In this document: piece after piece, positions 56,459-64,000 of the stretch
How the letters are laid out: each line of letters begins with the position of its first letter
Numbering within the stretch: position 1 is the first letter of the stretch
Origin: an uncultured Gammaproteobacteria bacterium
GTDB lineage: Bacteria; Patescibacteriota; Microgenomatia; Levybacterales; UBA12049
Reading direction: 5' to 3'
Assembly: GCA_964507055.1 (NCBI GenBank)
Contig: CAZDOJ010000003.1
Coordinates: 4,819-68,818 of the forward strand
DNA length: 64,000 bases
Notes under the pieces: model-generated
Told to the model about the DNA's origin: nothing
Databases searched by the model: none
What the model saw: only the letters and a program-made list of their open reading frames with translations
Program-made: the position numbers and the translations under genes

Positions 56459-57095
56459 TAATTTGATCTTTTATTTTTTCAAATGTTGCCTGTCCCACAG
56501 CCTTCTTTTCAACCAATTCTTCAGGCGAAGCATATGGCCGATTTTCGATAATCTTATTTGCAGTCACTTCACCAACTCCAGGAAGTGCATCCAATTCATC
56601 TTCGGTCACAGCATTGATATTAATGATTGCATTGGTAGCTGATTGGACAGATGGAGAACTGTTATTAGAACTACCACCAGATGTCACTATCTGCTCTCCA
56701 GCAACTGGAATATATAATTTGGCACCATCAGTGAGAGGTGCTGCTAAATTGAGGGTTTGAGCGACTTTTTGCTGATCAACTGACGATGACAAACCACCAG
56801 CTTTAACAATTGCATCCTGGACACGACTTTGTGCAGCAATCATATAAACCCCAGGCTTATTGACTGCACCAGAAACGTCCACCATAATCATTTTTTCTTC
56901 AACATTTTTTTGCTTGAGCGAAGTCGAAGGCTTAGCATTCGCAGTAAATGTAATTTCTTGCTTGGGAGAGCTTACATAATAAAAGCTGACAAAACCATAA
57001 ATAAGAAAAATTAAACCTGAGAAACCAATAAGCAGTGCTACAAAATGTTCTTTGCCAAATTCGAGCAACCATTCTTTGAATGAATCCATAAACAT
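56448..57095 (-). CDS. comEA: ComEA-like competence protein (N-terminal TM, C-terminal tandem helix-hairpin-helix DNA-binding domain)
   Basis: 'ININAVTEDELDALPGVGEVTANKIIENRPYASPEELVEKKAVGQATFEKIKDQI' is an HhH motif. Confidence 0.8.
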   Translation of the reverse strand: MFMDSFKEWLLEFGKEHFVALLIGFSGLIFLIYGFVSFYYVSSPKQEITFTANAKPSTSLKQKNVEEKMIMVDVSGAVNKPGVYMIAAQSRVQDAIVKAGGLSSSVDQQKVAQTLNLAAPLTDGAKLYIPVAGEQIVTSGGSSNNSSPSVQSATNAIININAVTEDELDALPGVGEVTANKIIENRPYASPEELVEKKAVGQATFEKIKDQISVY

Positions 57096-57144
57096 AGATT
57101 ACAAACTCTTTAGTAAAATGTAAAGAGATTAGTTTCTATTATTA

Positions 57145-59844
57145 CTAGATAACAAAGTTGAGGATTTTACCTGGCACGTAAATAACTTTTCTCACAGATC
57201 CTTGGAGGAATTTTGCAACTTCTTCTTTCTCGCGTGCTTGTGCTTCAATCATATCTTTTTTATCCTTATCCCCTGTTGCAATTTCAAGCGTACTACGCAA
57301 TTTTCCATTTACCTGAATGGCTACAGTCAACGTATCCCGCTTCAAATGCTTTTCATCAAAAGAAGGCCAAACACTCTTGTGAATTGAGAATGGATTACCC
57401 AATTCTTCCCACAACTCTTCCGTAAGATGCGGAGCAAATGGTGCGAACAATTGCAAATACGTAGCTAACTCTTCTTTGCTCACAATTTGCTGCTTTGATA
57501 AGAAGTTATACCACGTCATGAGCTTGGCAATTGCAGTATTAAACCGTAGTTCATGCAAGTCTTCAGTTACACCTTTGACAGCTTCATGCATGAACTTTAA
57601 TCCCTCGGCTGATGCTTCTCCACTTCCTTTGCCTTGCTCTTTGAACAAGTTCCAGACACGCTTAACGAATCGATTCATTCCTTCAATTCCCGTGTCACGG
57701 AAATCTCCTCCTTGATTGAACGGTCCAAGGAACAATAGATAGGTCCGTAAAGTGTCTGCACCATACTTGCCAATGTAGTCATCAGGATTGATGATATTGC
57801 CTTTACTCTTACTCATTTTTGCACCGTCTTTGATGATCAATCCATGGGCATAGAATCTCGTAAAAGGTTCCTCGAAATCAACATAGCCCATGTCATGTAA
57901 TGCCATTGTGACAAATCGTGCATAAAGCAAATGCAACACAGAATGTTCTGCACCACCGATATACATAGTCACTGGAAGCCAAGGTTTGCGTTTTACTGCC
58001 TCTAAGATTTCTTCTTTCGTTGCACCATCGAATTCTTTGGCCTTCTCTTCATTCATTGGAAATGGAATATGCTTCAAATCCGTAGCCAAATAGCGAAGGA
58101 AATACCACGCTGAGTCCAAAAATGTATCTGATACATCTGTCTCACGCTTTGCTGTACTACCACATTCTGGACAGGAAACCTCGTAGAAACTTGGATGATT
58201 TGCCAAAGGTGATTTGCCAGTACCCATTGGCTTGAAGTCTTTAATATATGGGAGTTCCACTGGTAGGCTTTCTTCAGGATACCACCCTCTCATTTCTTCA
58301 GCAGTTGTTGTTTTGCTTCTCTTCTTTCCTTCTGTCGTCGTAAACCATGACTTACCCTTTTTGGCACAATCTTCGCAGTAAATCATTGGAATTGGCGGGC
58401 CCCAATATCGTTGTCGAGAGATTAACCAGTCTCGCAAATGATACGTTGTTTCAACCTTTCCGACTTGTTCTGCTTCTATTAGTTGTTCAAGCTTCTTCTT
58501 TGCTTCTGAGCTTGAAAGGCCATCGAACTTTCCTGAATTAACCATTTCAGAGTCATTTTTGAACAATGTCTTAATTTCCTTATATTCCCAAAAACCATCT
58601 TTTTCGACATGTGCATCTTTCGTACCCGATTTAGGTTTTACAACCGGTTTTATTTTCAATTTATATTTTTTAGCAAATGCATAATCCCTCGCATCATGTC
58701 CCGGGACTCCCATCACAGCACCAGTACCATATCCCATCAAGACATAATCAGCAATCCATAATGGAACCTTATCGCCATTCAATGGATTTATTACATAAAT
58801 TCCACTAAAGACTCCAGATTTAGCCTTACCTTCTCCTGTACGCTCTACTTCAGATTTATGTTGTGCTTCTTTAATATAAGCTTGGATCTCATCTCGTTTA
58901 ACCTTATCCTTAGTACTTTCTAGGATATTTTTTACTAAAGAGTGCTCTGGAGAGATGACCATAAAGGTCACGCCAAATACAGTATCAATAGCCGTGGTAA
59001 ATACGGGTATTGTATCCTTGTACGCTGGCAAACATTCTACTTTGAACTCCAAACGAACACCTTCACTTTTGCCTATCCAATTCCTTTGAGCAATTCTGAC
59101 CTTATCAGTCCAATCAAGATCTTCTATGTTATTGAGTAATCTTTCTGCATAATCTGTAATTTTAAAGAACCATTGCTCCAATTCTTTCTTTTCAACTACT
59201 GATCCACACCGTTCACAGGCTCCATCGATAACTTGTTCATCAGATAAGACAGTCATACACGAAGGACAAAAATTAACCGCAGAACTTTTCCTATAAGCCA
59301 AACCTGATTTAAATAGTTGCACAAAAATCCACTGCGTCCAGCGATAATATTCAGGATTGTAGGTTTCAACTTTATTATCCCACGCATAAGAGTTACCAAT
59401 TGCATGCAATTGACGATAGAAATTTTCTTCAGTCCTCTTTGCGTGATCTACAGGATGTGACTTAGTTTTAATAGCATGATTCTCAGAATGGATACCATAC
59501 CCATCTAATCCAATTGGCTCGAAAACTTCATACCCCATCATTCGCTTAAATCGACCATAAACATCCACTCCACCAAAAGTATAGATACTTCCGACGTGCA
59601 AACCCTCGGCTGAAGGATACGGAAACATCATCAAGTTATAAAATGGCGTCCCTATAGCAGGACGTGAGGCTAAATCCTCTTTATTATTTGAGGCTAATTT
59701 GTGGCTGGTTTGAGATTTAGCAGAACCCAATTGAGGCTGATAGACTTTCGCCTGTTGCCATTTAGATTGCCATTTCAATTCAATCGAATTTGGGCTATAT
59801 TTATTATTCTCTGATTTAGTTATTTTAGCTTCAGTTTTACTCAT
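57145..59844 (-). CDS. leuS: Leucine--tRNA ligase
   Basis: 'PYPSAEGLHVGSIYTFGGVDVYGRFKRMMGYEV', 'KMSKSKGN' ('GAKMSKSKGNII'), and a CP1 editing region. 899 aa. The ATG at 59844 was checked in the sequence. Confidence 0.95.
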   Translation of the reverse strand: MSKTEAKITKSENNKYSPNSIELKWQSKWQQAKVYQPQLGSAKSQTSHKLASNNKEDLASRPAIGTPFYNLMMFPYPSAEGLHVGSIYTFGGVDVYGRFKRMMGYEVFEPIGLDGYGIHSENHAIKTKSHPVDHAKRTEENFYRQLHAIGNSYAWDNKVETYNPEYYRWTQWIFVQLFKSGLAYRKSSAVNFCPSCMTVLSDEQVIDGACERCGSVVEKKELEQWFFKITDYAERLLNNIEDLDWTDKVRIAQRNWIGKSEGVRLEFKVECLPAYKDTIPVFTTAIDTVFGVTFMVISPEHSLVKNILESTKDKVKRDEIQAYIKEAQHKSEVERTGEGKAKSGVFSGIYVINPLNGDKVPLWIADYVLMGYGTGAVMGVPGHDARDYAFAKKYKLKIKPVVKPKSGTKDAHVEKDGFWEYKEIKTLFKNDSEMVNSGKFDGLSSSEAKKKLEQLIEAEQVGKVETTYHLRDWLISRQRYWGPPIPMIYCEDCAKKGKSWFTTTEGKKRSKTTTAEEMRGWYPEESLPVELPYIKDFKPMGTGKSPLANHPSFYEVSCPECGSTAKRETDVSDTFLDSAWYFLRYLATDLKHIPFPMNEEKAKEFDGATKEEILEAVKRKPWLPVTMYIGGAEHSVLHLLYARFVTMALHDMGYVDFEEPFTRFYAHGLIIKDGAKMSKSKGNIINPDDYIGKYGADTLRTYLLFLGPFNQGGDFRDTGIEGMNRFVKRVWNLFKEQGKGSGEASAEGLKFMHEAVKGVTEDLHELRFNTAIAKLMTWYNFLSKQQIVSKEELATYLQLFAPFAPHLTEELWEELGNPFSIHKSVWPSFDEKHLKRDTLTVAIQVNGKLRSTLEIATGDKDKKDMIEAQAREKEEVAKFLQGSVRKVIYVPGKILNFVI

Positions 59845-59985
59845 ACCCTGGAGTATAACATAGATATTTAAAGCAGAAAAGTGGAAGGTAAAGTTATCAA
59901 ATTACTATAACAAAATACTATCCTCTACAACACATGTAGCCTTAAAACCTTCAACAATTGTCTTTTAACAATAAATGGATTACGA

Positions 59986-60762
59986 TTGAGGTACATGTTA
60001 TCTAAAAAATTAATGCCACAAACTAAAAAAAGATATTTTATGCCTGTCGTAGTTATATTTGCTTCGGTTTTAGCCTTAAGTTGCCCTATTTCTCCTGTTT
60101 ACGCTGCGGTTTCATCAAGTGGAGACTATTCAATTGAGTTTGAAGAAATAGATACTGCAGTGCCTGAAGCAACAAAACCTCCACCGATAATTAAACCGAC
60201 ATCTTCATTACCGAATCTGCCTGTAGTTCCAAAAATTGTGCCTGAAACTACCCCAACCTACACAATAAAAGGAAGTAATGATTATTTCAGCTTTGCAATT
60301 TCTCAAAATGCTATCGACTTTGGAGCACTCACGGCCACAAACCCCGTCATAAGAACTTCCGATTTAGCATTTACGTCCCCACTTTATGGTGGCCAAATAT
60401 TTGCATACGAAAATCATCCGTTTCTTAATACAGAGAATACATTTCTTCCAGATACAACCTGCGATAATGGGACATGCACTCAAACAATTCCAGCAAATTG
60501 GGAGAATTCACTAACATATGGGTTTGGTTTTCGATGCGATAGTGAGGCTACAGAAGTCTGTGGAAGCGATTTTTCAAACACAAATAGCTTCAAGCAGTTC
60601 TCTGACATCTCTGCCAAGGAAACTTTACAGTCAATTATATTAAATCAACAAGCTAAACCAGAAACAAAAATGAAGATTACTTATAAGGTAAATATTTCTG
60701 GCACTCAGCCTGTCAGTGGCTATAGTAATACTATAACATTTATAGCTATTCCTAACTTTTAA
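59986..60762 (+). CDS. Hypothetical secreted protein (N-terminal signal/anchor)
   Basis: 'KKRYFMPVVVIFASVLALSCPISPVYA' is signal-peptide-like. No recognised domain. Confidence 0.55.
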   Translation: MRYMLSKKLMPQTKKRYFMPVVVIFASVLALSCPISPVYAAVSSSGDYSIEFEEIDTAVPEATKPPPIIKPTSSLPNLPVVPKIVPETTPTYTIKGSNDYFSFAISQNAIDFGALTATNPVIRTSDLAFTSPLYGGQIFAYENHPFLNTENTFLPDTTCDNGTCTQTIPANWENSLTYGFGFRCDSEATEVCGSDFSNTNSFKQFSDISAKETLQSIILNQQAKPETKMKITYKVNISGTQPVSGYSNTITFIAIPNF

Positions 60763-60764
60763 TT

Positions 60765-61787
60765 ATGACTCAAATAAGACTTACTACATCATATAAAAAA
60801 ATACTTGTTCTATCTCTTAGTACAGTTTCATTAATATCCAGTTCAATATTCCCTTTCCAGGCACACGCCGAAGGAATTGGATTAAAAATCACCCCATCAA
60901 CAATCAAAATAAAGGCTCAAACTCCATCCGACCTGAGAGCTCCTTTTGTGCTAGAGAACCAAAGCGACCAATCGATTAGGCTCAAACTTGCCTACAAATT
61001 ATTTGATCCGGCAATGTCCCAAGAAGGAAAAGTAACTTTCCTGGATAATCCAGCTTCAGCAAATGACATTTTTAGCTATGTTTATGTTATCGATACAGAC
61101 AATACAAGAGTTACAACGCTTGATTTAGGGCCAAAACAACAGAAGCAACTACAGCTCCGTGTACAATTGCCTCAAAATCAAACCGCAAGAGACTACTACT
61201 TTTCCCTTATTTTCTTTCACGATCTAACACCTCAAACAGATCAAAACAGCACAATACGTGACAAAAAAGATCAACATTCAATTACAACTATACAAGGAGG
61301 ACTTGGGACAAATGTCCTTTTATCAGTTGGTACTCCTGAAACCGCTCAAGGATATATTGAGGAATTCTCCACTCCTTGGTATAAGCAATCGGGTCCCGTT
61401 CCATTCAGTGTGAAGGTTAAAAATACTGGAATTCATTACATAGCCCCTAAAGGCAATATTCTCATAAAAAATGTCTTTGGTCAGGCAGTCGGTAGAGTCG
61501 ATATTCCTGAAACTCCGATCCTAGCTGGAACAACCCGCTCGCTCTTTGATGAATCTCAGATAGCTCGAACTATTCAAGAGACTACTGAACCAAAAGTTGA
61601 ATGGAAAGAAAAATTCTTGCTTGGCATCTATAGTGCACAGATCAATCTCGCAATGTCAGACGAGGGACCGATTAATACTCAGACAATAAGATTTATGGTA
61701 TTTCCTACGCACTTACTTCTGGGTTTCATATTCCTACTAGCCTTAGTATTCTTTATCTATAAGCGAGTCAAAAAGAAACTTAGTTAA
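60765..61787 (+). CDS. Hypothetical cell-surface protein with a signal peptide and a C-terminal TM anchor plus basic tail (architecture reminiscent of DUF916/DUF3324-type surface proteins)
   Basis: N-terminal 'ILVLSLSTVSLISSSIFPFQAHA', C-terminal 'LLLGFIFLLALVFFIYKRVKKKLS'. A 2-nt gap to the preceding gene suggests an operon. Confidence 0.55.
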   Translation: MTQIRLTTSYKKILVLSLSTVSLISSSIFPFQAHAEGIGLKITPSTIKIKAQTPSDLRAPFVLENQSDQSIRLKLAYKLFDPAMSQEGKVTFLDNPASANDIFSYVYVIDTDNTRVTTLDLGPKQQKQLQLRVQLPQNQTARDYYFSLIFFHDLTPQTDQNSTIRDKKDQHSITTIQGGLGTNVLLSVGTPETAQGYIEEFSTPWYKQSGPVPFSVKVKNTGIHYIAPKGNILIKNVFGQAVGRVDIPETPILAGTTRSLFDESQIARTIQETTEPKVEWKEKFLLGIYSAQINLAMSDEGPINTQTIRFMVFPTHLLLGFIFLLALVFFIYKRVKKKLS

Positions 61788-63449
61788 AAAAGATATCAAA
61801 AGACATCATTAAGAGTCATACGTCGTGGTAAAGAAAATGGATAGTCACACAGAACCTTTCTTTACCATGCCTTAAAACGCAACTGAGAGAGTTCAATTTT
61901 GTAAATTTCTTCAATCAGGCATTTAGACTGTCTACTCAATCTAACTGAATCATGTCACTCTATCCATATGTCTGCTAACTTCCTGTTCCTATAGTTTTCT
62001 ATTCTTGCAGTGAAGATTTACTATTATGAAATTAGCGGTTATAGATTTAAACTGACAAGCAGATAGCTAAGATGACTCTTCACTTTACTCTCACTTGAGA
62101 ACGGCTTACGACACTAGTATGGCCAATGCAAGTAAAATATTTTATAGAGTTATAGTCCTAACACTATAAATATTTATATTTTTAGCCTTACTACTATTAC
62201 ATCGTAAGATATACTATTGGATCAATTTATGTCTTATAATTTTAAGTGCTTAAAATGTATCCAATAACAATATCACTCTAAGACTCTACTATGCATTAGA
62301 TATTACATACTATAGAACATATGTACGATATTAGCCTTATTTTTAACTATTTACTGCATCTTCGTGGATAAGCCTACTTATGAAATTAAAGTTGTAATAG
62401 GATGACAAATTATACGTCTCAAATATTTCGTCTGCCTTCTAGCGGATTTGAGAGCCTTGCTATTGCAAGGCTAAATTTTGAAATATTTCCATACTATAAA
62501 ATGTCATTATTAATATTGAAGTATCCCCTTATACATATAAGATATATAAATATAACCATTTAGGTATCGTTTATTAAAACTATATACACAGGATTAAATC
62601 AAACAATCTCTTAGTGCCAATATTTTAACCATTTAGTACTAATCCATATGAAAAGTTGTTTTCATATGACAATTAGCCTCAGAATGCACAGTTACTAATA
62701 TCCGATATTCCTTTACAAATGTCTCAGACGTACTGTTAACTCAATGAATAAGTCTACAGAATAGCGAATATATAGTAATATATTACCGATATTTCTATAA
62801 GGGTTTTCAATAATTAATATCAATCTATTATTTCCTAGACATATGTTGCTGATCATATCAGAAAGCTATCTATCATTTTCGGTAAATATAAACTTTATAC
62901 TGATATATCAATATAAATAACTATTTATGAAAGCTATCACTATGCCTTATCTTCTGCTAGAAATGTTATTATTCTCCGAAATAATAAGATAACGTGATTA
63001 AAACGATTACTATTAAAGCAATTTACTTAAATTTAAATCGTTAATAAAAAAGTCCCATATTAAATGCTGTTTTTGACGTTTTTTGGGTTTTTGAGGATGG
63101 ATTCTTAAGATATCTTTTCAATTTTAGCAGTCAGCGACTTCGAGGCTAAATAGCCTTATCATAACTATAAAAGTACGAAATTTATTCGTATTTTACCTAT
63201 TTTTAACAATTTCTGATAGTCTACTTGTTCAAAATCTGAATAAAGCCTAGTAATCTCAAAGAGAACTATAACAAATACCATCTAAGGACATCAATATTAT
63301 TGAGATCTATTGACATCCAAATAACATTTTATATATCCTAGTTTAAGAACTCATTTTTACACAGGATAATCGGTATAATCAGTATAATTTCGTAGCTAAA
63401 CACCAAATTTCGTATTTTATTAAATAATAAGTTTTCACAATAAACTGCC
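61788..63449. other. 1.66-kb AT-rich non-coding stretch (no ORF of 60 codons or more, no recognisable RNA gene) between the surface-protein pair and a tyrosine recombinase gene
   Basis: No ORFs appear in the track. The base composition is visibly AT-rich, with short hairpins. Confidence 0.6.
62453..62480 (+). terminator. Perfect 8-bp stem / 4-nt loop hairpin 'AGCCTTGC-TATT-GCAAGGCT' followed by 'AAATTTTG'. Weak terminator-like element, or a structured site within the AT-rich region.
   Basis: Read directly from the sequence. The T-tract is only 4 nt. Confidence 0.2.
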
Positions 63450-64000
63450 ATGGATATAGTAAACAATTTTAAATCTCACCTTTTCACAGACAGAAATAAA
63501 CCTAGTAAGGTTACCGTGAAAAACTACATCTCTGACGTAAGGAAGTTTATTCAGTGGTTTGAAAGGACTGAGAAAGTAACCTTTTCTCCTTCCGGCCTTA
63601 CAACTGAGGTAGTCAAGAGATATAAAGATAGCCTTTATGAAAACACTCAAGGATCTCCTATTGCTACTCGTTCTGCAAAAAGGTATATTTCATCACTGAG
63701 AAAATTTTGTCGCTTCCTACGCGATTCTGGAGCGATTGAGGCAAATCCGTTTGATGGAATAATTACCGATTTACCTAAGATAGAAGCAGACCCTTGGCAA
63801 ATAAAATCATACAAGAATTCACTTGTCTCCTCTGGTGCTAGCAAATTAACGATCAAGAATTATTTGCACGACATACAACAATTCTTATTATGGTTTGAGA
63901 AGGTTACAGTTAGTGATGTAACATCAAGGAGTGATCGCTTCATAAAAATAGATACATCTACGGTCGAACATTACAAAGAACGACTTATGGGTGATTCGAA
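63450..64000 (+). CDS. Tyrosine recombinase (XerC/D / phage-integrase family), 5' part only (runs off the window end). Two tandem N-terminal SAM-like core-binding domains.
   Basis: Manual translation from ATG 63450: 'MDIVNNFKSHLFTDRNKPSKVTVKNYISDVRKFIQWFERTEKV...ATRSAKRYISSLRKFCRFLRDSGAIEANPF...LTIKNYLHDIQQFLLWFEKVT...VEHYKERLMG'. This is not in the ORF track because there is no stop in the window. The duplicated 'KNY..D...F..WFE' motif is characteristic of the integrase N-terminal SAM-like domain. Confidence 0.65.
   Translation, partial: MDIVNNFKSHLFTDRNKPSKVTVKNYISDVRKFIQWFERTEKVTFSPSGLTTEVVKRYKDSLYENTQGSPIATRSAKRYISSLRKFCRFLRDSGAIEANPFDGIITDLPKIEADPWQIKSYKNSLVSSGASKLTIKNYLHDIQQFLLWFEKVTVSDVTSRSDRFIKIDTSTVEHYKERLMGDS

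Noticed and set aside
61788-63449. Possible tRNA/ncRNA in the AT-rich desert
   Set aside because: No cloverleaf or T-loop (GGTTCGA-like) signatures were seen by eye, and the region is too AT-rich for a typical tRNA. A computational scan (tRNAscan-SE/Infernal) is still needed, so this is not claimed.
63435-63856. Two minus-strand ORFs (63435-63650, 63647-63856) near the window end
   Set aside because: They overlap, on the opposite strand, the clearly coding + strand tyrosine-recombinase N-terminus (63450 to beyond 64000). They are likely spurious.

Overview
This is a low-GC (about 40 %) bacterial window read in the standard genetic code. Roughly 36 kb of it (positions 1-35941) is three tandem, paralogous giant genes on the minus strand. 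One runs off the window start and shows at least 1633 aa; the other two encode 2706 aa and about 5623 aa. Each product has the same architecture: an N-terminal excisionase/MerR-type helix-turn-helix domain ('LTIQEAAxxLGVSxxTLRRWE...GNQRRYS'), a low-complexity linker, a single TM helix, and then a very large Gly/Thr/Asn/Ser-rich repeat ectodomain with phage-tail-fibre-like 'LPVxNGGTG' motifs and paired cysteines. A near-identical roughly 45-bp promoter-like element containing TTGACA sits upstream of all three genes. The longest gene appears co-transcribed with a 1413-aa secreted M23 peptidase carrying LamG-like modules and with a small membrane protein.

Downstream lie a Fic-like protein with a degenerate active-site motif and an F-type ATP synthase operon (atpF-H-A-G-D-C). 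The operon has no atpB/atpE in the canonical position. It opens instead with a 256-aa protein whose C-terminal 2-TM hairpin resembles subunit c but lacks the ion-binding carboxylate. That protein's ectodomain is homologous to a C-terminal domain of the 2706-aa giant protein.

The rest of the window holds ndk, an M16 peptidase, two paralogous dockerin-bearing surface proteins (one with CBM4/9-like modules), argS, an orphan REC/histidine-kinase pair, a split comEC plus comEA, and leuS. It ends with two small surface proteins, a 1.6-kb AT-rich non-coding stretch, and the 5' part of a tyrosine recombinase with a duplicated N-terminal SAM-like domain. Gene content and style (giant surface proteins, split comEC, dockerins, atp operon without a/c) suggest a small-genome, possibly host-associated (CPR/Patescibacteria-like) bacterium. 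This is an inference from gene content only. No rRNA, tRNA or CRISPR was recognised.
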